Source: Leptospira biflexa
GTDB taxonomy: Bacteria; Spirochaetota; Leptospiria; Turneriellales; DYLW01
Direction of reading: 5' to 3'
Assembly (NCBI GenBank): GCA_020721865.1
Contig: DYLW01000001.1
Coordinates: 13,563-77,562 of the forward strand
DNA length: 64,000 nt
How positions within the stretch are numbered: the first letter of the stretch is position 1; every line of letters begins with the position of its first letter. The notes below the pieces were generated by a model, which did not search any database, had not been told where the DNA came from, and saw only the letters and a program-made list of their open reading frames with translations. The position numbers and the translations under genes were made by a program. Of this stretch, positions 9,409-18,934 are shown one piece after another.

Positions 9409-10848
9409 ATGGCTCATCCGGTTTGTGCGGTGGCCACTCCTCCCGGAAGAAGTGCGATAGCGATTATCCGGGCAAGCGGAAGCGGGGTTTTGGAAAAAAC
9501 CGCCTCCGTTTTTTTCCGTTCCGGCAAAAATATCAATCTCAGAGAATTTCCGCGTAAAGCAGTTTACGGAAATATCATAGATATACGATCCGGGAACGTC
9601 CATGTGGATGATGTGATAGTTCTTCCCTTCCTGTCCCCGGATTCTTATACGGGGGAGGACTCCGTGGAAATCCATTGCCATGGGAATCCGGTTATTATTG
9701 AATGGATTCTGGGAATTCTGTACTCCTTGGGGATGGAGCCGGCCCGTCCAGGAGAATTCACCAAACGGGCATATCTCTCCGGAAAGATGAATCTGGACTC
9801 GGCGGAGGCTGTCCACGACATTATAGAAGCCCGGGGAAAATACGAGCTCCAGAACGCCATTGCCCGGCGGAATGGGCAATACCGCACCCGGCTCTGGAAA
9901 ATACGCTCTCTTTTGCTGAATTTTCAGGCAGATGTCACTGCGGAGCTGGATTTTCTGGAAGAAAATTTGGAATTCCAGAGCCAAACAACAAAGAAAGAAA
10001 CCATCCGCAACGTCATGGAGGAAATCCGTATTTCTCTGGACACTGCGGAAAAAATGGATATTTACCGGGCAGGTCTATCCATCACGATAATGGGAACCCC
10101 CAATACCGGAAAATCCTCTCTGCTCAACTATCTTTCCGGATATGAAAAGGCCATTGTCACGGACATTCCCGGCACCACCCGGGACGCTGTGGAAACCTCC
10201 ACAGTGTGGGCCGGTATTCCGGTTACGCTCACGGATACGGCGGGATTACGGGACAATCCAGGTGATGCCATTGAACAAAAAGGAATGGAGATTACCTTGG
10301 AAATGTCATCCCGGAGCGATATTGTTTTTATAATGATGGACGCATCCCTGCCTCCGGAGGAATCCATTCCATCCACCCGAACCCAGGTCTCCCGGATTCC
10401 GGAGACCGGGAACATACAGTCTATCTGGATTTTATTGAACAAATGGGATATTGTCCATCCGGAGTGGGAGAGAAGAAAAACTCTTGCGAATATCGCAGAG
10501 GAAATGGGAATGGAGATGGGAAAAACCCGGGTTATTCCCATCTCCGTAAAAACCCGGTACAATCTTGTGGAGTTAACCCAGCAAGTGGAAAAGGAAATAT
10601 CTTCCCTGCATGTCCATGAAGAAGGGATGATGCTTTCCGCATGGCAAAGAGAAGATTTACGAAAAATTTTGGAAGAATTAAATTCTATTGACCAGATTCT
10701 AACGGTGAGCCCGGAGGGAAACCGTAATCTGGAAATTGTCACCGCATCCATGGATGCTGTGATGGGCTATCTGGGGGAAATCCTGGGGGAAATCACCACG
10801 GAAGATTTGCTGGGACGGATTTTCTCCCGTTTTTGCGTGGGAAAATAG
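9409..10848 (+). CDS. mnmE: tRNA modification GTPase MnmE/TrmE
   Basis: ATPPG..AIAIIRASG, SYTGED..EIHCHG, GEFTKRA, GTPNTGKSS, GTTRD, DTAG, NKWD, C-terminal FCVGK. Confidence 0.97.
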   Translation: MAHPVCAVATPPGRSAIAIIRASGSGVLEKTASVFFRSGKNINLREFPRKAVYGNIIDIRSGNVHVDDVIVLPFLSPDSYTGEDSVEIHCHGNPVIIEWILGILYSLGMEPARPGEFTKRAYLSGKMNLDSAEAVHDIIEARGKYELQNAIARRNGQYRTRLWKIRSLLLNFQADVTAELDFLEENLEFQSQTTKKETIRNVMEEIRISLDTAEKMDIYRAGLSITIMGTPNTGKSSLLNYLSGYEKAIVTDIPGTTRDAVETSTVWAGIPVTLTDTAGLRDNPGDAIEQKGMEITLEMSSRSDIVFIMMDASLPPEESIPSTRTQVSRIPETGNIQSIWILLNKWDIVHPEWERRKTLANIAEEMGMEMGKTRVIPISVKTRYNLVELTQQVEKEISSLHVHEEGMMLSAWQREDLRKILEELNSIDQILTVSPEGNRNLEIVTASMDAVMGYLGEILGEITTEDLLGRIFSRFCVGK

Positions 10849-10923
10849 CCAGACAGAAAGTTTAGATTGAAAGTTTGCGGATTTAAGACGAAGATTGGAT
10901 ATTAAAGAAACGGAGAATATTTC

Positions 10924-12027
10924 ATGAAAAAAGAAAATGCTTTAAAAATTCTGACCATCGCTTCCGCTGTACTGCTGGCGTTCAGCCTGACCTATATTTT
11001 TGCGGACAAAATCCAGGTGATTACGGTTTTTCACGATAATGAGCGGAGCGAAAAAAACATCGCCATGAAGGAGACACCTTCCCCGGAAAACAAATCGGCC
11101 ATTGTAAATTCTCCGGAGACTATGCCGGTTTTATCCCAACCTGACTTCTACCGGGGAATTTACTTAATGAATGCAACCGTTCTGAATACCAAAAAAGTGG
11201 ATGCATTCATCGCCAAAGCAAAATTATACCAGGTGAACGTTTTTGTGATTGATACCCAGACATACCAGTTCCATGAAAAAGCCATCCCGCCAGCAACGAT
11301 CCGGAAGATAAAAGCTGCCGGCATCTGGCCGGTGGCCAGGGTAGTGGTATTTAACCGTGGTTTTGACCACTATCCTGTTCCCCATTCCCTCAAACAGAGC
11401 CGCATTGATATTGCTAAACGAGCTATTCAGGCCGGGTTTCAGGAAATCCAGTTTGACTATATCCGGTTTGCGGATAACGGACATCTGGGACATGTGGGAT
11501 TACAGGAACGTTACGGAGTGGTGGAAGGTTTCCTGAAAGAAGCGAAAACGCAGTTAAAACCGATGAATGTGGTTATCTCTGCGGATATTTTTGGGAGAAT
11601 TCCATTAAATAAACAAGACCGCATTGGGCAAAAGATGGAGGGACTGGCTCCCATTGTGGACATTATTGCTCCCATGGCCTATCCATCCCATTATACCTGG
11701 TCCAAAAAATATTATACAGATCCCTACTACACCGTTTTCACCACTTCCGAACAGGGAAAAAAGCGGGCGGGAGAGAATGCCAAAATTGTTTCCTGGATTC
11801 AGGGGTTCCGGCTAAAATGGGAGCACCGGGTTGTGAAAATGGGCCTGGTGGATTATATTGTTGCCCAGATCAAGGCCAGTGAGGATGCGGGCATAAAAGG
11901 CTTTATGGTTTGGAATGCTTCCCAGCAGTATGAGCCCACCTGGAAAGCCATGGATATTTATTATAATAAAAAGAAAAATACCCCCGTGAGTATGGAGAAA
12001 TCCAAATCCCCGGTTCCCGGAACCTGA
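10924..12027 (+). CDS. Putative glycoside hydrolase (DUF4015-like TIM barrel), membrane-anchored or exported
   Basis: N-terminal TM. RGIY, ARVVVF, GFQEIQFDYIRF, SADIFG, IGQ, PMAYPSHY, WIQGF, WNA motifs. Confidence 0.8.
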   Translation: MKKENALKILTIASAVLLAFSLTYIFADKIQVITVFHDNERSEKNIAMKETPSPENKSAIVNSPETMPVLSQPDFYRGIYLMNATVLNTKKVDAFIAKAKLYQVNVFVIDTQTYQFHEKAIPPATIRKIKAAGIWPVARVVVFNRGFDHYPVPHSLKQSRIDIAKRAIQAGFQEIQFDYIRFADNGHLGHVGLQERYGVVEGFLKEAKTQLKPMNVVISADIFGRIPLNKQDRIGQKMEGLAPIVDIIAPMAYPSHYTWSKKYYTDPYYTVFTTSEQGKKRAGENAKIVSWIQGFRLKWEHRVVKMGLVDYIVAQIKASEDAGIKGFMVWNASQQYEPTWKAMDIYYNKKKNTPVSMEKSKSPVPGT

Positions 12028-12071
12028 AGGGAAAGTGGTTTACGCCGTCAGAAAAGATAAAACTTTCGTTC

Positions 12072-13589
12072 ATGCAGGAAAGCGAACTGACGCAAATACG
12101 GCTCCATAAGCTGGAGCAGATCCGGGAAACCGGGGTGAACCCCTACCCCAATTATTTTCATAAAGAAAAAAACATCCGGGAAATTCTGGACATGTTCCCG
12201 GAAAACCCAAATCACGAGAACCCACCGGAACCGGTGGAGGTGAGCACAGCGGGCAGAATTACAGCCATGCGTGCCATGGGGAAGGCTTCCTTCCTCCAGA
12301 TTCGGGATTTAACCGGCACCATCCAATTGTATGGGAATGATAAAACTCTGGAAAGCAATGAATACGCGATTTTTCAACTGACCGATCTGGGTGACATTGT
12401 GGGAATATCCGGAGAGATCTTTGTCACCAAAACCGGAGAACCCAGTATCCGTCTGAAAAAGTTTTCTCTTCTGGCAAAAAATATTGAACCCCTGCCGGTG
12501 GTAAAGGAAAAGGACGGGATGGTCTATGACGCCTTTTCCGATGTGGAATCCCGCTACCGCAGGCGGTATGTGGATTTTCTGGTAAATCCGGAAGTCCGGC
12601 ATGATTTCATTACCCGGAGCCGCATTATCCGGGAAATCCGGAATTATCTGGACCATGCCGGGTTTATGGAAGTGGAAACCCCCATGATGCAGTCCATTGC
12701 CTCCGGTGCCGCCGCGAAACCCTTTGTGACCCACCATAATACTCTGGATATGGATCTGTATCTGCGGATTGCTCCGGAGCTTTATCTTAAAAGAATGATT
12801 GTGGGTGGATTTGAAAAAATATTTGAACTGAACCGCAACTTCCGCAACGAAGGCATCAGTACAAAACACAACCCGGAATTCACCATGATGGAAATTTACC
12901 AGGCGTATGCAGACTACCGGGACATGATGCGTTTAACCGAGGAACTCTTCCTGCATGTGGCCATGAAAATCTACGGCACTTCCAAAATTCCCTACCAGGG
13001 AACCATCATCGACCTGACACCACCTTGGGAACGGGTGGAATATCTGGAAATTATCAAAGAAAAATCCGGGATAGATTTTGCCAAAATTCTGGCATCCCCG
13101 GAGCCCATGGGAAAGGCATCCCAGGAAGCGGAGAAAGTGGGTATTTCTGCCAAGGGATGTTCCACTGTATGGGAAATTGTGGATGAGGTTTTCTCCCAAA
13201 AGGTGGAGCCAGAATTAATCCAACCGATTTTCATCACCCATTTTCCTCTGGAAATTTCTCCACTTTCCAAGGAAGATCCCGAACGTCCCGGTTTTGTGGA
13301 GCGTTTTGAGCCCTATATTACCGGACGGGAAATGGGAAACGCCTTTTCTGAGCTGAATGATCCTCTGGAGCAGGAAAAACGCTTTTCCATCCAGTTGCAG
13401 ATGAAAGAAGATGGCCAGCAGGAGACAATGGAAATGGATGAAGATTTTATTTCTGCTCTGAAGGTGGGGATGCCTCCCACCGGTGGGCTGGGCATTGGCA
13501 TTGACCGGATGGTAATGCTGTTCACCAACGCCGCCACCATCAAAGATGTGATTGCATTTCCTCTGCTCAGAAAAAAGGATCCATCATGA
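12072..13589 (+). CDS. lysS: Lysine--tRNA ligase (class II)
   Basis: OB-fold GRI..R..GKASF, RYRRRY, EVETPMM, GAAAKPF, LRIAPELYLK, FRNEG, HNPEFT, ERFE, GLGIGIDR. Confidence 0.98.
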   Translation: MQESELTQIRLHKLEQIRETGVNPYPNYFHKEKNIREILDMFPENPNHENPPEPVEVSTAGRITAMRAMGKASFLQIRDLTGTIQLYGNDKTLESNEYAIFQLTDLGDIVGISGEIFVTKTGEPSIRLKKFSLLAKNIEPLPVVKEKDGMVYDAFSDVESRYRRRYVDFLVNPEVRHDFITRSRIIREIRNYLDHAGFMEVETPMMQSIASGAAAKPFVTHHNTLDMDLYLRIAPELYLKRMIVGGFEKIFELNRNFRNEGISTKHNPEFTMMEIYQAYADYRDMMRLTEELFLHVAMKIYGTSKIPYQGTIIDLTPPWERVEYLEIIKEKSGIDFAKILASPEPMGKASQEAEKVGISAKGCSTVWEIVDEVFSQKVEPELIQPIFITHFPLEISPLSKEDPERPGFVERFEPYITGREMGNAFSELNDPLEQEKRFSIQLQMKEDGQQETMEMDEDFISALKVGMPPTGGLGIGIDRMVMLFTNAATIKDVIAFPLLRKKDPS

Positions 13590-14656
13590 AGCCATCGGTA
13601 ATACCATTCAAGCCATCGCGGAAAAAAATTGACATACTGGACCAGACCCGGCTACCGGGGAAAACCCACTGGGTGGAGTGCAAAACCGCAAGAGATGTAT
13701 CCCGCTCCATCACAAAAATGCATGTACGGGGAGCACCCGCCATTGGCGTTACAGCGGCCTATGGATTTTATCTGGAAATTTATTCATTACTGAAGAATGG
13801 GAAAAAGATTACCAAATCCACCGGAAAGGATACAAAACATTTCCTGGATTCATCCCGCCCCACCGCCGTCAATCTGAGCTGGGCAACGTCCCGCATGCTT
13901 CATGAAATGGAGAACTTTTTTTCGGAAAATTCCATACTGCCGGAAAACATCACAGATAACAATAAAATCCAGAATCAATTTTTAACCAAAATATGGAAAA
14001 CAGCGGAGGAAATCCATCTGGATGACGCCGCTCGATGTCTGGCCATGGGGAGCAACACGGCGGATCTTATTATCAAAACAATCCCCAAAGAAAAACTGAA
14101 TATATTGACCCACTGCAACACCGGATCTCTGGCCACAGGTGGCATTGGTACAGCTCTGGGAGCCATCCGGGTTTTGCATAATAGAAATAAAATCAATCGG
14201 GTTTACGCAGATGAAACCCGTCCGTTTAACCAGGGTGCCCGTCTCACCGCCTATGAGTTAGTGAAGGAAAAAATCCCGGCCACGCTGGTGGTGGACTCCA
14301 TGGCGGCGTATCTTATGCAGAAGGGAATGATTGACGCCGTTATTGTGGGATCAGACCGGATCACCCGCCGCGGAGATGTTGCCAATAAAATCGGGACATA
14401 TATGCTCTCTGTTGCGGCCAAAGCCCATAACATTCCTTTTTATGTGGTGGCTCCGCTTTCCACCTATGATGATTCCATTGAATTCGGGAAGGAAATCCCC
14501 ATTGAGAAAAGAGATGAGAAAGAGGTAACCCATATTGGAGGCAAACAAATTGCGGCGGAAATTCCTGTTTTGAACTACAGCTTTGATGTCACCCCTTATG
14601 AAAATATTACGTCCATAGTGACAGAGAAAGGGATTTTTGAACCATCGGGTTCATGA
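13586..14656 (+). CDS. mtnA: S-methyl-5-thioribose-1-phosphate isomerase
   Basis: LDQTRLP, VRGAPAIG, RPTAVNL, LTHCNTGSLAT, DETRP..QGARLT, NKIGTY, FDVTP. ATGA overlap with lysS. Confidence 0.96.
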   Translation: MKPSVIPFKPSRKKIDILDQTRLPGKTHWVECKTARDVSRSITKMHVRGAPAIGVTAAYGFYLEIYSLLKNGKKITKSTGKDTKHFLDSSRPTAVNLSWATSRMLHEMENFFSENSILPENITDNNKIQNQFLTKIWKTAEEIHLDDAARCLAMGSNTADLIIKTIPKEKLNILTHCNTGSLATGGIGTALGAIRVLHNRNKINRVYADETRPFNQGARLTAYELVKEKIPATLVVDSMAAYLMQKGMIDAVIVGSDRITRRGDVANKIGTYMLSVAAKAHNIPFYVVAPLSTYDDSIEFGKEIPIEKRDEKEVTHIGGKQIAAEIPVLNYSFDVTPYENITSIVTEKGIFEPSGS

Positions 14657-15561
14657 TGAAAATACAATTCGCTTTTTTTCTTTTTATTCTTCTGCCTGTT
14701 TATCTGGTTCACCCTTCTGAACTGGCCAATCTGAAAACCGTTTCCATTATTGAACCCGGACTGGCCGGAGTGGAAATCAACCAGAAAGCCCATTATCTCC
14801 GGGGGGGGAACTGGCTGTTTCTGCGGGAATATGGGCTGGTTCTTTCTGTTACCAAATCCACGGAGTTTGGGATCACAGCCCCGCAGATTGAAATGGTGCA
14901 GGGCGAAATCAGATATAACAGAATTGGTGATGTTTCTTTTTATGTGAACCATGCCACCGGAATCCTATCCCGTTATCTTCTGATAAATTTTTTTACAGAG
15001 ATCAACACCGGAAGCGGGCCGGCTTTTGATGACATCCAGAATAATCCACTGGAAGCTTATGGTTATAATGAATACCGGCTGGGATTTATTACGTTTAAAA
15101 ATTTCCGGTATTTTTCCCTGCATGGTAATCTTTTTTATAATTTTCGCTCCCAAGGTGAAAGCAATCTGAGCGAAGGAATCACCCTGAATCTTGCCATGAA
15201 AGATACGTATAACCGGGCATTTGGGTTCAATCCCAGCAGAAAGGAAAACTTTTTTTATAAGGGTAACTTTGTGAATGACAATCTGGAATACGGTCTGGGC
15301 ATTAATACCATTCTGTTTTATCCATTTGTTCCTTTCTGGGAGATCACCCTATCCCATGATTTTTACGGAAAGGATTCTCCGAACCATTATAAACAATCTG
15401 GTCCGGGTGCGGGAATCGTTAGTCTGGTCACCGCTGCCGGTGGAAAAATCTTTTTTTCTGAAAACAATTTCGCAGTAAAATTCTCCCTGCTTGTGCCCAT
15501 CGGCGGGCTTTATGATCTGTCTCCGGTGGGGTTTTCTCTGGGAGTCCGTCTGGATTTTTAA
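14653..15561 (+). CDS. Hypothetical protein, probable outer-membrane beta-barrel
   Basis: Signal peptide, aromatic/Gly-rich alternating strands, C-terminus FSLGVRLDF (beta-signal-like). ATGA overlap with mtnA. Confidence 0.62.
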   Translation: MMKIQFAFFLFILLPVYLVHPSELANLKTVSIIEPGLAGVEINQKAHYLRGGNWLFLREYGLVLSVTKSTEFGITAPQIEMVQGEIRYNRIGDVSFYVNHATGILSRYLLINFFTEINTGSGPAFDDIQNNPLEAYGYNEYRLGFITFKNFRYFSLHGNLFYNFRSQGESNLSEGITLNLAMKDTYNRAFGFNPSRKENFFYKGNFVNDNLEYGLGINTILFYPFVPFWEITLSHDFYGKDSPNHYKQSGPGAGIVSLVTAAGGKIFFSENNFAVKFSLLVPIGGLYDLSPVGFSLGVRLDF

Positions 15562-16292
15562 AGATCATCCATCAGCATATCTTCATCGGATTGCGGGAAG
15601 GCCTGCTCCATGAAAATATCGGTGAGGATTTGGAATCTTTCATCCGGTTCTTTCCCTTCCTGCTGGAGTTGGAGGCGGTAACGCAGGATTAAATTTGCCA
15701 CTGTTCCATCTTCCAGAGTATGCTCAATGCGATTCCTGTTCAGAAAGCGGACACACCAGTTAATGTTATAATTCACGTAATCTCCAATAATATCCAGAGA
15801 GAGCATACTGGGTTCCATCTTTCGCAAAACTTCATTCAGATACAGAGCCTTTTTTATGGATGCCGGATTTTCTTTCATGCCAGAATGAAATTGCATGGAC
15901 ATGTTCTCATATAAATTCAGCCTGGGCTGATAATAAATCATGATATCCATGAGATATTCCGGGAAAACATTCATCACTTCCATCACATCAATGGGAAGAT
16001 CCTTTTCCTGAAAATAGGAAAAAATTCTACGTAGATTTTCTTTCACAGGAACGGGATCAATCAGAGGAATGTATAAGTATTTCACCTCAGCGGCAAAACG
16101 GGAATTTTTGGGAACATAGTATTCTATGGTGACCGGCTCAATATAATAATTATCCCGATCGGTTTCCACCAGATTCTCTGGATGCTCCGGAATAGCTTTT
16201 AAACGTTTGATACTTTCCGTATACACAGTCTGGGGTGCAGAACCGGAAAGAGACCGGAGTAACGTATTGGATATTCCTTCATAACTGGCCAC
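15558..16292 (-). CDS. Hypothetical cytoplasmic protein
   Basis: 244-aa ORF filling the gap, protein-like composition, acidic C-terminus. No motif recognised. Confidence 0.65.
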   Translation of the reverse strand: MASYEGISNTLLRSLSGSAPQTVYTESIKRLKAIPEHPENLVETDRDNYYIEPVTIEYYVPKNSRFAAEVKYLYIPLIDPVPVKENLRRIFSYFQEKDLPIDVMEVMNVFPEYLMDIMIYYQPRLNLYENMSMQFHSGMKENPASIKKALYLNEVLRKMEPSMLSLDIIGDYVNYNINWCVRFLNRNRIEHTLEDGTVANLILRYRLQLQQEGKEPDERFQILTDIFMEQAFPQSDEDMLMDDL

Positions 16293-16388
16293 AGTATATT
16301 ATCGGTTTGGGGGAGTCAGAAAAAAACCCCGGGGACAATATTATAGTTGCAGCGGCATCTTTAAAATGGTTAGCAGATACCGGTGTTT

Positions 16389-16694
16389 ATGGAAAACGCA
16401 AAAAGCGTACGCTATGTTGTAACCGGAAGAGTCCAAGGGGTGGGTTTCCGAGCTTTTACCCGGGACATTGCCCTTTCTTTGGAACTGAACGGATGGGTCA
16501 GAAACCTAAGTGACGGATCTGTGGAAATTATGGCCCATGGCCCCACTGACAAAATCCATGCTTTTGAGGAGAAAATCCGGGTGGGACCATCGTTTGCCCG
16601 GGTGCTCCATATTGTTGTGGAAGAGAACCCCGCCGGCCAGAATCATATACAGAAAGGATTTCATATTGAACGCACTGCTTCCCATTCTTCTTGA
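16389..16694 (+). CDS. acyP: Acylphosphatase
   Basis: VTGRVQGVGFR and GWVRNLSDGSVE signatures. Confidence 0.95.
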   Translation: MENAKSVRYVVTGRVQGVGFRAFTRDIALSLELNGWVRNLSDGSVEIMAHGPTDKIHAFEEKIRVGPSFARVLHIVVEENPAGQNHIQKGFHIERTASHSS

Positions 16695-17958
16695 CTTATC
16701 TATTCTAATTCTCCTGGGGATTTTATATCCATTTTCATTGTTCTCATCGTCTCTGAGAAAAAATCTGCGAATGCCCCGGAATCTGACGGCAAGCCAGAAG
16801 AAAATTCTCCGGACGCTGGACAGAAGCCGGCAACGGGTTTTGTGGTTTCATGCTTCCTCTGTGGGAGAATATGAGCAGGGCAGAATTCTTGCCCAGAGGT
16901 GGAAAGAAAAAAATCCCGATGTGTTCCTCGTCTTCAGTGTTTTTTCCTTGAGCGGCTATTCCCAGAGAAAAGCGGACAGACTTCCGGATTTGTTTTTTTC
17001 CCTTCCGTTTGATTTTTCCTGGACGATGGGTCATCTGGCCGATGTGATCCGCCCAGAAAAGGTATTCTACGCCCGTTATGATGTCTGGCCAAACATGGCA
17101 CTGGCTCTCTTCCGCAGAAATATCCCCCAGTATATTTTCTCCGCCCAGATATCCCCCCGCTCACTGCGACTGAAAAAGCCCTTTGATTTTTTCTATAAAA
17201 ATATTTATGGAAAAATTAACCACATTTTCACCGTGGATACGGAGAATATGGAACGCTTCCAAAGGCTGTCTCCGTCGGTTTCTGTGGCCGGAGATACCCG
17301 GTTTGATGCCATAGAAGCCAGAATCCGGGACAATTCCATCGCCTCGCGGAAAGAACTTATTCAAAAAATAAAATCCTGTGCCGTTTCCCGGAAAATTCTG
17401 GTGGCCGGTTCCTCCTACCTGGATTCGGAAAAAATCATCATCCAAGCGTGGGAAAATCCTTCCATCCGGGATCAATTTATGGCCATTCTTTTTCCCCACC
17501 ATATCAACCCGGCCCATCTGGAAAAAATCAAAGAAATGATAAACGAAGCCGGCCTCTCTGCTGAACTATTGTCCCAAATGGAATTAAATCAGTATAAAGG
17601 ATGCCGGAAGAATAATATAATTATTGTGGATAAAATGGGATTGCTAACCCAAGGCTACTCCATGGCAGATCTGGCCTATGTGGGCGGAGGATTTGAAGGT
17701 TCTGTTCATACGGTGATTGAGCCGGTTTTCTTTGGCATACCCGTCATCACCGGTCCTCATATAGCAAATTCCACGGAAGCGGTGGAACTTGCGAAAATGG
17801 AATTAATACATCCATTGAGCGGGACAAACCCGGAGGATTTTATAACGGCCATGAAAGTCTGTCTGGATAAAAAGAAATGGATCAACCCCAGAATGCGGGA
17901 ATATTTCAACAGCAAGAAAAACGCAGTAAAATCAATTCTGAAATACTTTCAGGTATGA
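16666..17958 (+). CDS. waaA: 3-deoxy-D-manno-octulosonic acid (Kdo) transferase
   Basis: WFHASSVGE, LPFD, YDVWPN, GDTRFD, VAGSS, AYVGGGF, IEP..FG.PVITGP. Start inferred at TTG 16666 after AAAGGA. Confidence 0.9.
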   Translation: MNALLPILLDLSILILLGILYPFSLFSSSLRKNLRMPRNLTASQKKILRTLDRSRQRVLWFHASSVGEYEQGRILAQRWKEKNPDVFLVFSVFSLSGYSQRKADRLPDLFFSLPFDFSWTMGHLADVIRPEKVFYARYDVWPNMALALFRRNIPQYIFSAQISPRSLRLKKPFDFFYKNIYGKINHIFTVDTENMERFQRLSPSVSVAGDTRFDAIEARIRDNSIASRKELIQKIKSCAVSRKILVAGSSYLDSEKIIIQAWENPSIRDQFMAILFPHHINPAHLEKIKEMINEAGLSAELLSQMELNQYKGCRKNNIIIVDKMGLLTQGYSMADLAYVGGGFEGSVHTVIEPVFFGIPVITGPHIANSTEAVELAKMELIHPLSGTNPEDFITAMKVCLDKKKWINPRMREYFNSKKNAVKSILKYFQV

Positions 17959-17965
17959 TTGTCCA

Positions 17966-18874
17966 TTAGAAAAATCTCCGCCAGAAGGAATCCAGCTTCA
18001 GCCTCTTGCGGATTTCCGGAATCTTTTCGCAGGCGGTATCATAGCCTCTTTGAACAAATTCATCATGGGCATTATAATCCGCCCAGTGCAGTCCGGATAA
18101 ATCGGGTGAAATGACCATATCTGTTTTTCCGCACTGTGCACGGCGGATACGGTAGGATTCAATATCCACTGTACGGATCAGCACATCAATCGAGTTTAGA
18201 ATGGGATCTGTGTTGAAATCCGGCCCGGATAAATCCACTGTAATGATATTTTTGGGATTCAGCTCCCGTGCAGCTTCAATCCCCATTTTATCCAAAACCC
18301 CACCATCCACATATTTCTTTCCATCCACGGATTGAGGAGGAAGCATGAAGGGCATGGCAGCGGATGCCATCACACTGTTTTTCATGGGACCACGCAGGAA
18401 AGTCTTAGCTTCCCCCCGGTCAATATCCACAGCAACCGCTCCAAAGGGGATACGGGATTCCTCTATATTAATTCCTGGAATGAAAGGGCTTAAAAAATTT
18501 TCATATTCTTCCTGGGAAACCAGAGATTTCTTGGTGGCCATTTTTCCCAGCATTTCTGTCTGAAAAAATATTTTATTGAATCGCTTGATAATGGTTTTCT
18601 TCTGGTCATTCAGCATGGTAGTCCACTGGCCAATGGGAGTTTCCAGAAAAGCCTCTGCCGTGATCAGCTTTTTCAGCCTTTTTTCCACAAAATCGCTTTC
18701 CGGAACCACGGAATAAATGGACCCCACAATAGCTCCCATGGATACCCCCAGAATCATATCTATGGGAATTTTTTCCATTTCAAAACAACGCAATACCCCA
18801 ATATGGGCAAATCCCCGGGCCGCACCGGCTCCCAGAGTCAGAATGGTTTGGGGGCTTTTTCTGCCAGATTTCAT
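17966..18874 (-). CDS. Patatin-like phospholipase (RssA/NTE family)
   Basis: LGAGAARGFAHIGV, nucleophile elbow GVSMG, ASAAMP, catalytic DGG. Confidence 0.92.
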   Translation of the reverse strand: MKSGRKSPQTILTLGAGAARGFAHIGVLRCFEMEKIPIDMILGVSMGAIVGSIYSVVPESDFVEKRLKKLITAEAFLETPIGQWTTMLNDQKKTIIKRFNKIFFQTEMLGKMATKKSLVSQEEYENFLSPFIPGINIEESRIPFGAVAVDIDRGEAKTFLRGPMKNSVMASAAMPFMLPPQSVDGKKYVDGGVLDKMGIEAARELNPKNIITVDLSGPDFNTDPILNSIDVLIRTVDIESYRIRRAQCGKTDMVISPDLSGLHWADYNAHDEFVQRGYDTACEKIPEIRKRLKLDSFWRRFF

Positions 18875-18934
18875 AATTCCATGGCTTTTGGATTGACAAT
18901 GTGTAAAGTATTTCTTTCTTTCGATGGCAAGGCT

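Noticed and set aside
16389..16694. Acylphosphatase as a HypF fragment
   Set aside because: Complete stand-alone AcyP with no zinc fingers or YrdC/Kae1 domains; it overlaps waaA.
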